Below are positions 1 to 10,238 of a stretch of DNA of 64,000 bases, piece by piece. Position 1 is the first letter of the stretch; each line of letters begins with the position of its first letter. Source of the DNA: Candidatus Latescibacterota bacterium. GTDB taxonomy: Bacteria > Latescibacterota > UBA2968 > UBA8231. A program made the position numbers and the translations under genes. The stretch spans positions 4,608,001 to 4,672,000 of the forward strand of contig OZ252098.1 in assembly GCA_965248355.1 (NCBI GenBank), given 5' to 3'. The notes under the pieces are model-generated. The model made no database searches, was not told the origin of the DNA, and saw nothing but the letters and a program-made list of their open reading frames with translations.

Positions 1-377
1 TCGACCGAATCCCTTGCCAGGATCCACCGCTCGAAGGGAAGGTTTCGTCCGCCCACCTCGATGGGTCCCCCCAGGGTGTCCCCCGGTGCCCGGTGGGGCT
101 CGACACTGTCGGAGACCGCGGAGCGGATGGCATCCGCGCCAAGGGACAGATCCGGCAAACCGCCCTTCACCCTCTCCATGGCAGGCGATTCGGATTCCGG
201 CTCACGCCCAGCGAGACGAGGTGCGGAGAGCGATTGGGGGCGGCGGAAGAAGGGGAGGTGGTCGGGTGAGGGCGAGGGTGCGAGCAGGTGGTATCCGGCT
301 ACGAGAAGCAGATGCAGGCACGCGGACAGGAGGATCGAGAGCCCAAGCCGGAGCCTGCCCGGGGTTCGATACCGCAT
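1..377 (-). CDS. Membrane-anchored protein, partial (runs off the window edge); N-terminal TM helix with a TonB/TolA-like S-x3-H motif
   Basis: Own translation from ATG at 377: MRYRTPGRLRLGLSILLSACLHLLLVAGYHLLAPSP...; open to position 1; absent from the ORF track. Confidence 0.5.
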   Translation of the reverse strand, partial: MRYRTPGRLRLGLSILLSACLHLLLVAGYHLLAPSPSPDHLPFFRRPQSLSAPRLAGREPESESPAMERVKGGLPDLSLGADAIRSAVSDSVEPHRAPGDTLGGPIEVGGRNLPFERWILARDSV

Positions 378-387
378 TGGCGCCCCA

Positions 388-975
388 TCACCGATCGCCG
401 GGGGACCTTGCGGCCAGCATCTCGTAGGCGGAGGTGATGGTCTCCTCCAACAAGCCCTTCAGCTCGACGGGGCTGACCGTAGGGGTAGCGGGTCCCCTTG
501 GCGGCTGAAGCCGATCTCCCGTTTCGACCTCCCGCAACATGAACCGCGTGGACAAGGTGGCGTCTACCCCGGGCGTACGGACGAGGTCCCGCACCTGGAA
601 ATCGAGGACGGTAAGGGTGCCTCGTACAGGCCGCGCCAGTCCGATTTGCGCAACTTCCCACGGGTGATCCTGGCGCGAAGTCCTTCCAGGATGCGGACGT
701 GCAGGTCCTGCAGTTCGTCATCGAGCCTCTTGGCATTTTCGTCATCGAAGGCGGTCTCCGGGATGCCCGGCCGGATGTCCGCCAGTTCCTGCACCAGGCC
801 CTCCCAGTCCCGGGAGGGGCTGTAGGCGTTGACGGCCCACACCACGAGGCCCTGAGACAGGGAGTCCTTCACGGTGATGCCCAGGCTGTCGCCTTGGTGG
901 TGGCTGCCGTGGCGGGCCTGGGCCGTCCGCGGGCGGCAGGGTGTCCCGCATGACCTGTAAGGCATTACTTGACAA
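388..975 (-). pseudogene. Hypothetical protein broken over about three frames
   Basis: Protein-like segments in ORFs 742..975, 564..965 and 388..594 appear to relay across frameshifts; family not recognised. Confidence 0.35.
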
Positions 976-997
976 ACGCGTTACTTCCCGTCATCTT
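969..997 (+). promoter_or_regulatory. Sigma70-type promoter of higBA-1, probably leaderless
   Basis: TTGACA(969)-17 nt-CATCTT(992)-5 nt-ATG(1003); no Shine-Dalgarno; AACGCGTT palindrome in the spacer. Confidence 0.65.
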
Positions 998-1002
998 GAG
1001 TC

Positions 1003-1281
1003 ATGATTGGAGGCATACGGCACAGGGCGCTCAGGAACTACTGGGCGAGCGGCCAGGCGAGGGGTTTGAACGCCGCGTGGATACGGAAGCTGCGACGGAT
1101 CATGTCGGCTCTCGAAGCGGCGGAGCGGCCGGAGCAAATGAACTATCCGGGATCGTACTTCCATCCTCTGAAGGGTGACCGGGAGGGCCGCTACGCAGTT
1201 CGCCTGACCGCCAACGTGCGCGTTACCTTCGGGTGGGACGATGAGGGCGCTGAAAACGTGGACATAGAGGACTATCACTGA
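1003..1281 (+). CDS. higB: HigB (RelE/ParE-like) toxin
   Basis: MIGGIRHRALR...FHPLKGDREGRYAVRLTANVRVTF...IEDYH; TGATG overlap with the antitoxin. Confidence 0.92.
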   Translation: MIGGIRHRALRNYWASGQARGLNAAWIRKLRRIMSALEAAERPEQMNYPGSYFHPLKGDREGRYAVRLTANVRVTFGWDDEGAENVDIEDYH

Positions 1282-1586
1282 TGATCGAGAGACACCCCTC
1301 CATCGACCCCGTGCATCCGGGAGAGATCCTGCGAGAGGACATCCTGCCTGCCCTATCCATGAGCAAGACGGCCGTGGCCAAGGCGATCGGGATATCCCGG
1401 CAGACCCTTTACGACATCCTCCGCGAGAAGCAGCCGGTTACCGCAGAGATGGCGGTCCGCTTCGGCAAGCTCTTCGGCAACGGGGCCGGCTTCTGGGTGA
1501 ACCTCCAGCGAATCCACGATCTGGCGGTTGCGGAGCGCACCGTGGACGTCTCGGGGATACCAACCCTCGAAGTAGGGTCGGGCTAG
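1281..1586 (+). CDS. higA: HigA antitoxin (XRE HTH)
   Basis: PVHPGEILREDIL...HTH...VTAEMAVRFGKLFG...FWVNLQ. Confidence 0.93.
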   Translation: MIERHPSIDPVHPGEILREDILPALSMSKTAVAKAIGISRQTLYDILREKQPVTAEMAVRFGKLFGNGAGFWVNLQRIHDLAVAERTVDVSGIPTLEVGSG

Positions 1587-1980
1587 CCCGCCCCGCGGGC
1601 GATGTCCACGACGAGCTCGTCGTGGCGGGCCAGCGCCAGCGGAGTGCGGCAGGTCTCCCCCTCGGTCACCCAGGCGTGGAAGTGGCGCAGCTCGGCGGCG
1701 AAGAGGCTCTGCGCAGGTCGTCGGGGGAAGGGTCGCGCCTGAGGGCGGCCCGGTAGACGGAGGGCACGAAAGTCTCGGCGTCCGGACCGTCGATCCGGTC
1801 GGCGGGCGTCCTGACGAGAGCCCACAGGGTCCGGGCCAGGCTGGCGGCGAGCAGGTCTTCTCCCATGTCCGTCTCCCAGCAGGCGCTCCAGCTGCACCGG
1901 CTCGCTGTCCAGCGTCAGCGGCCGCTCCACCTCCTCCCCGCGGCTCCCGGCGGCAGGGGCCTGCGACTGGTAGTGTACCC
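1583..1980 (-). pseudogene. Fused fragments: C-terminus of a Gfo/Idh/MocA-like oxidoreductase joined to an unrelated fragment
   Basis: 'QSLFAAELRHFHAWV...TPLALARHDELVVDIA' resembles an oxidoreductase C-terminus; upstream frames break at about 1705 and 1865. Confidence 0.4.
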
Positions 1981-2008
1981 AAGAAACTGAACAGGAGCGC
2001 TTATCTGA

Positions 2009-3966
2009 TCAGAAGTGGAATCCCAGTAGATTCCAGTAGTACAAGAACCAGACGAACCCCAAGGTGATCAGCGTTGCTGCAGAATAGTATAGACGACTTC
2101 CCGTGCTCCAGTACTCGTGCTTCCAGGAAACCGTGGCGCAATAGACCCTCCCGATCGCGAGAATGGAGGTGAGTAGAGGGATGAACAACAGCGCGATCAT
2201 CTCCGGTGGGACCTCGATAACGAGGTCCAGGAATCGATACACCAGCATGAGAATCAGCCCGATGAGAAAGATCAGGTTCAGGCCGCTGCTACTCCACGCC
2301 AGCCATCGCGCCAGATGTACCTTCTGGCCATCTGGTACGGGTCCCTTCCGTCGGCGCCGGCTCAGGTAGACGGCAGGCCATCCCACACACTCTGACAGGA
2401 ATACCAGTACAAAGATCCCCAGAAAGCCCAACTGGTACCGGGTGGCTTCATGCCAGGGTATCTTGTCATAGACTTCTGGCCACTCGTGGTACATATGGGT
2501 GATGCGACCATCTGCTTCTTCGCGAAAGGCCATATGCCGTTCGCCCTTGGTCATACCATCGACTTCGAGGAAGAGAAGCGAATCCACTTCAACCCAGCGC
2601 CAAGGCTCCGGTTGTCCGAAGGACTGCAGGAGAAGCGCTCCATCCCCCACGGCTATTTCGAACTGCGTGGCCAGGCTGATCAGTTTCAGGAAACTCGTTC
2701 GGCTGTACCGATTCACTCGGTAGTAACCCGTATAGCGATCTGCGCGGTGATCGAAACCAGGGGGAGATTGGGGGAGAGCTTGTTCCTCGATCGGGAAATA
2801 GCGCTCCAGGAAGGCGTTGACCAGCGGCCGTCGTACCTTCAATCCTCGAGGAGGGTTAGACTCATCTTGTTGAAGGCGAAGAAAATACCCAGGCCTTCCT
2901 CCGGAATCAGCAACATGCAAGCATAGTGCCCGGGGAGACCTCCACTATGCCAGACCAGACGCTTGCCTCTCTTGTCATGCAGAATGAATGCATACCCGAT
3001 GATGCCCGGAAAGCGGGGATCATTCGTGAATTGCTGCTGCTGCATCGCATGGGCTGAGGACTCCTGCAGAATCCGCGCATCCTTGAAGCGACCCAATTGC
3101 AGGTGGCTGATCATGAAGTGAGCCATGTCCATGGCGGTGGCATCCCAAGCTCCCGCTGATCCATCGTTGATATACAGGTAGGGTTGAGGCTTGTAGGAGC
3201 TGTCCTCGTACGAATACCCGGTCGCCGTATCCGCATGACGCTCATAGTGGGTGCGGTGCATTCCCAGGGGTTGCAGGATGTGCTCCCTCACATACTGGTC
3301 GTACGGTTTTCCGGACACGGCCTCCACCAGGTAGCCTGCCAGCGCTATACCATGGTTCGAATAACTGAAAAATTCACCGGCGGGCATTACTCGGGGAGGC
3401 ATACGGGTTGCCAGGTATTGACCCAATGGAACCACCTCGGTGGCCGAAAGGGCCTGTTTGATATAATCATCGTCGAAGCCGCCCGTGTGGGTGAGCAGGT
3501 GTTTGACGCGGACAGGTTCGGGAAAGGAAGCGTCCAGTTGGAAATCCATCAGATGCTGATTCACATCGTCATCAAGGCCCAGCTTGCCTTGTTCGACCAG
3601 TTGCAGGACCGCCGTGGCGGTGAACACCTTACCGATGGACGCTATACGAACTATGGTTTCATCGGGAACCATCGGACGGTTTGTCTCCAGGTCCGCAAGC
3701 CCGTATCCCTTCTTGAACAGGATATCTTCTCCTTTGACCACTGAAATCACCAGGCCGGGAATGTGCAGCGTATCCATTTGAGCAACCAGGAGGCTGTCCA
3801 GAAAACGCTCAAGTGTCTGCGCGGTGAGAGGGACGGCCTCGAGATCAGCCTGTATTGGTTCCGCCGTCAGGTCGGGGACAACACCTGGACAAGGGAGGTT
3901 GCTCAACATGAGTAGGGGGATGATGGCTGAGACAGATCGAGCTCGGACCGGGGAAGACGCGTTCAT
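2009..3966 (-). pseudogene. Serine hydrolase (beta-lactamase family) with C-terminal TM helices; single frameshift near 2865
   Basis: SxxK (ASIGK), YxN (YSN), WHSGG; frame 2839..3966 continues in frame 2009..2920 after 'FAFNK'; lower-GC codon usage than its flanks. Confidence 0.85.
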
Positions 3967-4106
3967 CGAGTCACCTTCTTCGAGGATGCAGACGGTTTCC
4001 TGGGGCGGCGGGACAGTCGAGCTACCACCGCTCAGGGCGTCTCGGCGCCGGCGCGGGCAAGACGGCGAGCGGCAGTGCAGCAGTGATGACGAGGAGCCTC
4101 TAACCC

Positions 4107-5639
4107 TCACTCCCGCCGCAGGGTGATGTCCTGGCCGGCGTCGATGCTGATCTTCACGGAGCCGTCGCCGATCTTCAGCCGGGCGCTGCGCTGGTCGGTG
4201 GTGGCGGACACGGGAAAGTCGGACTGGATCCGTCCGTGGCGCGTTCGCAGCGAGCCGTTGAACCCGGTGCCGGCGGGAAGGGCGAGGGTGACCGGTTTGC
4301 CGGAGGTGGCCAGCGTGATCCTTCCGCCCTGCCCCAGGCGCTTGATCCGCGAGACCTCGATGGGGCTGTGATTGCCGCGCACGGTGATCGAGCCGGAGGT
4401 CCCGGTGATGTTGACGTCCTTGTAGGAGTTGGACACCACCACGTCGCCCTCGACGAGCCCGGCCGTCACTCTGGACGAGTTGCCGTTCACGGTGAGGTTT
4501 CCGCCCACCTCCTCGACGACCACCGACTTGTACGAGGTGACGATGACGGCGTCGCCCTCCACGGACTGGACCGTCACGCCTGACGAGGTGCCGTTCACGG
4601 TGAGGTTTCCGCTCACGTCCTCGACCCGGATCGGCTTGTACGAGGAGACGATGGCGGCGTCGCCCCCGACCTGGTCCACCTCCACCTCGCTGGAGGTGGC
4701 GCTGACGGCGAGATTCCCGCGCACACGGGAGACGTGGACAGGCTTGTAGCTCGACCTGACCACCGCATCGCCGGTGACGCCGTCGAGACGCACGCTGCCG
4801 CTCTGGCTGACGACCTGCAGGGAGCCGGAGACCTCCTCGAGTTCCACCCTCTTGTAGGAGCTGCGCACCGTGCAGTCGCCTACGATGTCTCGGCCGGTGA
4901 CCTCTCCGCTGAGGCTCTCCACCACCACCTGCCCCCGCACCCCCTCGAGGTGCACGGGCTTGTAGCTGGTGCGGACGTTCACCCGGCCGTCGACCTCGGC
5001 AAGCGTGACCCGGGTGCTGTTGCCGCTCACGTCCACGGGGCCATCGAAACGGCGCACGTTCACGCCGGCGTAGTCGTTGGACACGGAGAGGGAGCCGCCG
5101 GCGTCGAGGATCTCCACATCGCCGGAGCTGTTGTCGACGCGCAGCTCTCCCTCGATCCCCTCCACGCGCACGTCGCCGTAGCGGTTGACGAGATCGAGGG
5201 AACAGCGCGAGGGCACGCGCACCCGCAGCCGCGTGGAGACCGACAGACCGTGGCCCGATCCCTGGTTGTAGAACATCCCGCGCAGGAATCCGATGGCCGT
5301 CGTGCCCTCGCCCTCCGACCGTTCCGGGGTGTCGAGGCGGGCGTACATCCCGTCCCCGTCGCTCTCCAGGACCAGGTCAACGGACTGGAGGTACTCCTCC
5401 ACGGCCGCGGAGTCGCCGCCGGTGATCTCGACCAGGGCCTCCGCGGCCACCGAGTCGCCGCCGGTGCCGGTGATCGTGATCTCGGCGTTGTGGGCTTCGA
5501 GGCGCAGGCGCTCTCCCGCCTGGGCGGGAGCGCTGCGGGCATAGGTGCGCCGCATCGTCTCCCGGTCATCCGCTTTCGCCTGGCTCCACGAGCCCGCGTA
5601 AAGCAGGAGGAGCACCATCAGGGTGGGCATGCGTCGCAT
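4107..5639 (-). CDS. Secreted DUF4097 (toast-rack/adhesin-like) beta-repeat protein
   Basis: Signal peptide; repeats of V.G.L.V...S..V / V.GDA.(IV).(ST)SYK.(IV); C-terminal 'GRIQSDFPV'. Confidence 0.85.
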   Translation of the reverse strand: MRRMPTLMVLLLLYAGSWSQAKADDRETMRRTYARSAPAQAGERLRLEAHNAEITITGTGGDSVAAEALVEITGGDSAAVEEYLQSVDLVLESDGDGMYARLDTPERSEGEGTTAIGFLRGMFYNQGSGHGLSVSTRLRVRVPSRCSLDLVNRYGDVRVEGIEGELRVDNSSGDVEILDAGGSLSVSNDYAGVNVRRFDGPVDVSGNSTRVTLAEVDGRVNVRTSYKPVHLEGVRGQVVVESLSGEVTGRDIVGDCTVRSSYKRVELEEVSGSLQVVSQSGSVRLDGVTGDAVVRSSYKPVHVSRVRGNLAVSATSSEVEVDQVGGDAAIVSSYKPIRVEDVSGNLTVNGTSSGVTVQSVEGDAVIVTSYKSVVVEEVGGNLTVNGNSSRVTAGLVEGDVVVSNSYKDVNITGTSGSITVRGNHSPIEVSRIKRLGQGGRITLATSGKPVTLALPAGTGFNGSLRTRHGRIQSDFPVSATTDQRSARLKIGDGSVKISIDAGQDITLRRE

Positions 5640-5656
5640 GTTGGAAGTTCCTCCTT

Positions 5657-7306
5657 CTACAGGTGCGCGTTGACGAGGGGCAGCAGGCGCGCCCAGCGGG
5701 GGTTGTTGCCGGCGTAGTTGAGCAGGCCGATCTGGACCCCCTTGAGCTCGCGGCTGTAGTTGACCAGTCCGACGGAGAGGCCGGTGAAACGCTCGTTGAC
5801 CGGCTCGAACCAGCGGCCCGAGCCGCCGGGCAGGTGGCGGCCGCCCACGGCGATCCCGTTGGCCGCGCTCACCGAGATCCCGCGCATGCTCGGCGCGAAG
5901 GCGGTGACTCCGCCGGCGATGAGGCCGCTCAGCTGTTCGCCGGCGCCGACTCCGACAAGGCTGACCAGAAGGCCCCGCCCCGAGCCGCCGGCGCCGACGC
6001 CCACCCCGCCGATGGCGAGGCCGGTCAGATCATTCCCCGCCCCGACGATGCCGGCGGAGCAGGCGGCGCCGCGCAGGTCCTGTCCCACCCCGGCGCCCAG
6101 ACCTCCGGCGAGGATTCCCGTGAGATCGTTGCCCACGCCCGCGCCGAGACCGCCGATGACCAGGCCGCGGGCGTCGTGTCCGGCTCCGGCGCCGAGGCCG
6201 CCGCCGAGGATCCCCCTCAGATCGCCCCCCACGCTGGCGCCGGCACCCCCGAGGACGATGCCGCGGGCGTTGCGTCCGACGCCGGCGCCGACCAGGCCGA
6301 TCACGGCGCCCGCTTGCAGGTCGTGTCCGACCCCCGCGCCGAGGCCGCCCGCGGTCACTCCCGCCAGGTCGTGGCCCACGCCGGCACCGAAACCGCCGAC
6401 GATCAGTCCGCGGGCGTCGTGTCCCGCGCCTGCGCCCAGTCCGCCGCCGACGATGCCGGTCAGATCATGTCCCGCTCCCGCGCCGATGCCGCCGAGGACG
6501 ATCCCGCGGGCGTCGCGTCCGACGCCGGCACCCACCAGGCCGACCACGGCGCCGGCCTGCAGGTCGTGCCCGGCTCCGGCGCCGAAGCCGCCGACGATGA
6601 TCCCGCGGGCGTCGTGTCCCGCCCCGGCACCCAGCCCTCCGGCGAGGATCCCCTCCAGGTCGCCCCCCACGCCGGCACCCAGGCCCCCGAGGATCAGCCC
6701 GCTGCCGTCGCCCTCCGTCCAGGCCCCTCCCGCCGACAGCAGGACGCCGCTGGCGTCCTCCCTGGCCCGGGCGGCCAGCCCTCCGGCGAGGATCCCCCGG
6801 GCCCTGCCCCCGGCCGAGGCCAGGCCCGGGGTGACCGCCGCCCCGTGCACGTCGACCCGCGCCCCGGCGCGGACACCGGCCAGCGCGATTCCCCTCAGGT
6901 GGCGGACGGCGACCACGCCCCCGAGGCCGACGCCGATCCCCTGGATGTCGCGGCCGGCGTCGACGCCGATGCCGCCCACGGCGATGCCGGTGAGGTCCTG
7001 CTCGGTGATGGCGAAGAGGCCGCCCAGGGCGATGCCGTCGAGACGGCGGGCGTACGGCCCCACGAGGCCGAGGGCGGCGCCGCGGATCACGGCGTCGGGA
7101 TTCCGGCGCGCCTTCCACAGGGTCAGGTTGAGACCGGTGACGCGCCGCACCTCGTGGTCGACGAGGTTGACGCGCACCCCGGTGATGCGGCTGGAGTTGC
7201 CCAGGCTCAGGCCGACGCCGCCCACGGCGAGATCCAGCGAGTCCGCCTTTCCGGGAAGGGGAAAGGCAAACAGGGGCAGGAGCAGGAGCGCGGTTCGAAT
7301 GGTCAT
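5657..7306 (-). CDS. Secreted Gly-rich repeat protein (LA_2272-like surface repeats)
   Basis: Signal peptide; many 19-20 aa repeats 'G(IL)xxGGLGAG(AV)GxD'; C-terminal 'GLSVGLVNY...GVQIGLLNY...LPLVN'. Confidence 0.75.
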   Translation of the reverse strand: MTIRTALLLLPLFAFPLPGKADSLDLAVGGVGLSLGNSSRITGVRVNLVDHEVRRVTGLNLTLWKARRNPDAVIRGAALGLVGPYARRLDGIALGGLFAITEQDLTGIAVGGIGVDAGRDIQGIGVGLGGVVAVRHLRGIALAGVRAGARVDVHGAAVTPGLASAGGRARGILAGGLAARAREDASGVLLSAGGAWTEGDGSGLILGGLGAGVGGDLEGILAGGLGAGAGHDARGIIVGGFGAGAGHDLQAGAVVGLVGAGVGRDARGIVLGGIGAGAGHDLTGIVGGGLGAGAGHDARGLIVGGFGAGVGHDLAGVTAGGLGAGVGHDLQAGAVIGLVGAGVGRNARGIVLGGAGASVGGDLRGILGGGLGAGAGHDARGLVIGGLGAGVGNDLTGILAGGLGAGVGQDLRGAACSAGIVGAGNDLTGLAIGGVGVGAGGSGRGLLVSLVGVGAGEQLSGLIAGGVTAFAPSMRGISVSAANGIAVGGRHLPGGSGRWFEPVNERFTGLSVGLVNYSRELKGVQIGLLNYAGNNPRWARLLPLVNAHL

Positions 7307-7321
7307 GGCGGAATCCTCTCT

Positions 7322-7924
7322 CTACAGTTGGAGCTGCACGATCTCTTCGAGGGTTTCTCTCTTGTCCCGCAGGGCCAGCAGCAGGTAGCGGCGGATGTGG
7401 GTGTTGGCCGGGTTGCCGCTCAGGGCCTGCAGACAGCGGTCGATCTGGGTGTCGATGGTGGCGATCTTGTCGCGGTAGAGGAGGGCCAGCTCCGCGTCCA
7501 TGCGCTCCATGCGCTCGCCGGCGATCTGCTCCAGCTCCTCGATGGCGGCGGCGTACTCCCGCTCCCGGTCGCGGACCTTCTCCAGGGCCTCGGCCGTGTA
7601 GAGGCCGCTGGCCGGCTCCGGCGCACTCCATCGCTGCTGCTGTTGCACGAGCGCACCCAGCCCCAGCCCCACGACGAGGACCGCTGCGGCGCGGTAGACC
7701 CAGGCCCGCCGGCGGGCGCGCTGCTGCTCGGCGCGCAGACCGGCCTCGACGCGCTCCCACAGGAAGGGAGGCTCGGTCACTTCCGCGAGGTTGGCGGCCA
7801 GTTCATCGATGACCTCGTCCTCGCGCAGGCGCCGCCGGCATTCGGGGCAGTCCTTCAGGTGGGCCTGGAACGCCTCTTCCTCCAGGCGCCCCAACTCGCG
7901 CTCGCGGTAGCGGCCGCAGCTCAT
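7322..7924 (-). CDS. Zinc-finger anti-sigma factor with one TM helix
   Basis: HLxxCxxC (HLKDCPEC), TM helix, ATGA overlap with the sigma gene. Confidence 0.85.
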   Translation of the reverse strand: MSCGRYRERELGRLEEEAFQAHLKDCPECRRRLREDEVIDELAANLAEVTEPPFLWERVEAGLRAEQQRARRRAWVYRAAAVLVVGLGLGALVQQQQRWSAPEPASGLYTAEALEKVRDREREYAAAIEELEQIAGERMERMDAELALLYRDKIATIDTQIDRCLQALSGNPANTHIRRYLLLALRDKRETLEEIVQLQL

Positions 7925-8499
7925 GGCGAGTCCTCCTCATCGGTCAGGATGGCGCGCAGCCGCTCCCTGGCCTGGAAGACCTGGGCCTTCACGGTGCCCT
8001 CGCGGATCTCCAGCATCTCGGCGATCTCCTTCTGGGGGAAGCCCTCCACGGCATACAGCACGAAGCAGGCGCGCATGCGCTCCGGCAGGGAGAGGATGGC
8101 CTCCTCCAATTGCAGCCGCAGGTCCGGCCCGGCGGCCGGCGGGGGCTCGGCGGGCCGAAGTTCGAAACGGCGCTTCCTCGCTCTCAGCATGTCGTGGCAG
8201 ACGTTGATCAGGATGCGCATGAGGTAGGTGCCGATACCGGCCTCGCCGCGGTAGCGGCCGATGTTCCGGTGGAGGCGGATGAAGGCGGTCTGCACGGCGT
8301 CCTCGGCGTCGGCCGGGTCGCCGAGCATGCGCAGGGCCACGCCGAGGAGCCGGCGCCAGTGCTCGCGGAAGAGGCGCTCGTAGGCGCCCACGTCCCCCCG
8401 CCGGCAGGCGGCGATGGTCTCGCGCTCGGCTTGGGATGGATCGGCGGGCAAGGGCCCTCTTCTCGGAAGACTCGCCCCGAGGGCGAGTGCGGCTGGCAT
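7921..8499 (-). CDS. ECF RNA polymerase sigma factor
   Basis: DAEDAVQTAF, TYLMRILINVCHD, region 4 'KEIAEMLEIREGTVKAQVFQAR'. Confidence 0.93.
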   Translation of the reverse strand: MPAALALGASLPRRGPLPADPSQAERETIAACRRGDVGAYERLFREHWRRLLGVALRMLGDPADAEDAVQTAFIRLHRNIGRYRGEAGIGTYLMRILINVCHDMLRARKRRFELRPAEPPPAAGPDLRLQLEEAILSLPERMRACFVLYAVEGFPQKEIAEMLEIREGTVKAQVFQARERLRAILTDEEDSP

Positions 8500-8543
8500 C
8501 GGCGACCGGCTCCGCTGTCGAGGTTTCGGGTTTCTCGACAGTT

Positions 8544-8570
8544 GGACGAAGCCGGAGGGCCGGAGGTTTA
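8544..8570 (-). promoter_or_regulatory. Putative autoregulated ECF promoter
   Basis: Minus strand TAAAC-17 nt-CGTC, matching the common ECF AAC/CGT pattern, about 45 nt upstream of the sigma start. Confidence 0.6.
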
Positions 8571-8629
8571 GACGCTCCTGAGAAACAGCCTCCGGTGCTC
8601 GGCCGGGGTTTCCCGGGGGGCTGCGGGTG

Positions 8630-10225
8630 CTAGGCCAGGAACCGCTGCAGCACGTTGCGGGTGATGCGCGAGACCTGCTCGTCCACGGGCAGCGACGCCG
8701 GCCACGAGATCGAGCCCACGGAGAACACGTGGCCGCCGGAGGGGGTGTCGAAGCAGACGATCTCGGCGCCGCCGTCGTCGGGGTTGAGGCCCTTGGCCAG
8801 CGGTATGGCGTTGGCCGGGGAGCTGGCCGAGACCTTGTCGGTCTCGTGGCCGGAGGCGCCGCCGGGGCAGCGCATGTGCAGGCACTCCTGGCCGAAGAGG
8901 TCGCCCTGCCGCAGGCCCGTGCTCTCGAAGATCCAGTGGTCGGGCTCGATGACGCGGTACGGTGCTCCGGTCATGATTCCGGTCTCGGAGCAGGTCACGC
9001 CGAGGAGGTTGGCCTCCGACTCCTGGCGCAGATGGAAGCGGCTCTCGTAGCCGATCTTCTGCAGGTGGAAGAAGCCGCCCCCGTAGGGTCCGTTGTGGAC
9101 GGTGATCGTCGTGTCGTCGAGGAACTCGACCTCGCAGTTGAGGCCGTTGCCGCCGAGGTAGAGGAGCTTCCCGCCCCCATCGAAGACCCACTCCTTCAGC
9201 GCGTAGTACATCTTCGCCGACCAGTACTCGGGATGGGCGCTGACCGCCAGGGCCTGGTAGGCGCCCAGGTCGAGGGTGCCGTCGTGGAGCTGGGTCTCGG
9301 CGTAGAGGTCGTAGTCGAATCCCTCGCGGTCGAGCCAGCCGAAGAACCGCCACTCCGCAGGCGCCACGTGGCAGTTGCTGCGCCCCTCGATGGGGTCGGT
9401 GATGCGCTCGTCCTCGTCGATGTGGTTGATCGGCTCGGGGCGGTCGAAGGAGAGGGGCGGATAGTGGTCGGCGGCGAAGAGCATGTGGTCGGGGTCGGTG
9501 TAGCGCAGCAGCTCCAGGCGCGCGTTCATCGCCGGCGACGGGGTGAAACCGTCGGCGTGGATGTAGTTGGAGCGGCCCCCGAAGTTGTTGTAGCAGTTCC
9601 AGTTGATGTTGGCCGCCAGGACCGCCAGCGGGGTCCGCGGGCGGTCGGGAGCCACCATCCAGGGGAAGGAGAAGAACGCCCCGGACTCGCCCTTGGCGTG
9701 CAGGTAGTAGAGGCCGGAGCGGTCGGGGGCGGTGAGGAATTGCTTGTGGGCGCCGCGGGCGTATCCCCGGTGGTTGAACTGCACCCCCGTCTGGGTGTAG
9801 TCGCCGTCGGGGGTGATCTGCACCGTCGCCCGGGGCCCGTGCTCGTCGTACCAGCCGATGGTCCGTACCAGCTCCTTCTCCCAGCCGTAGCGCCACAGCT
9901 CGAGCTTGTAGGCCTCGTCGGAGTGGACCCGGAACTCGGACTTCTCTCCGGAGCGGACCCACTTGGGCCACATGTAGCCGATCAGCTGGTCCCGCAGCAG
10001 GCGGAAGTGGTGGGGCTCGGCCAGCGGCAGCTCCAGGGTGGTGCGCTTGGCGCCGTACCCGTCCCGCCCGAGGGCGACGTTCCAGCGCCCCGGCTCCAGG
10101 TCGGCGCGCACGGCGCCGGTGATGCTCGACCGCGTCTCCACGACGCGGCCGCTCTCGTCTTCGAACTCGAAGAGGACGTCGGGGACGGCGACGTAGCGCT
10201 CGTCGCTGACGTATCCGATCAACAA
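8630..10225 (-). CDS. N,N-dimethylformamidase beta-subunit family protein
   Basis: TTG start after RBS GAAAGGAG; NWNCYNNFGGRSNY, LSFDRP, SAHPEYWS, YLGGN, SGHETDK, VFSVGSISW. Confidence 0.8.
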   Translation of the reverse strand: MLIGYVSDERYVAVPDVLFEFEDESGRVVETRSSITGAVRADLEPGRWNVALGRDGYGAKRTTLELPLAEPHHFRLLRDQLIGYMWPKWVRSGEKSEFRVHSDEAYKLELWRYGWEKELVRTIGWYDEHGPRATVQITPDGDYTQTGVQFNHRGYARGAHKQFLTAPDRSGLYYLHAKGESGAFFSFPWMVAPDRPRTPLAVLAANINWNCYNNFGGRSNYIHADGFTPSPAMNARLELLRYTDPDHMLFAADHYPPLSFDRPEPINHIDEDERITDPIEGRSNCHVAPAEWRFFGWLDREGFDYDLYAETQLHDGTLDLGAYQALAVSAHPEYWSAKMYYALKEWVFDGGGKLLYLGGNGLNCEVEFLDDTTITVHNGPYGGGFFHLQKIGYESRFHLRQESEANLLGVTCSETGIMTGAPYRVIEPDHWIFESTGLRQGDLFGQECLHMRCPGGASGHETDKVSASSPANAIPLAKGLNPDDGGAEIVCFDTPSGGHVFSVGSISWPASLPVDEQVSRITRNVLQRFLA

Positions 10226-10238
10226 GGCGGATCTCCTT

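Noticed and set aside
2840..2880. Programmed frameshift in the serine hydrolase
   Set aside because: No slippery heptamer or obvious stimulatory structure; a single-base loss is simpler.
5663..8227. Long + strand ORFs (854 aa; 542-aa Pro-rich repeat ORF)
   Set aside because: Antisense shadows of the Gly-rich repeat gene and ECF operon; stop-codon scarcity in high-GC DNA explains them.
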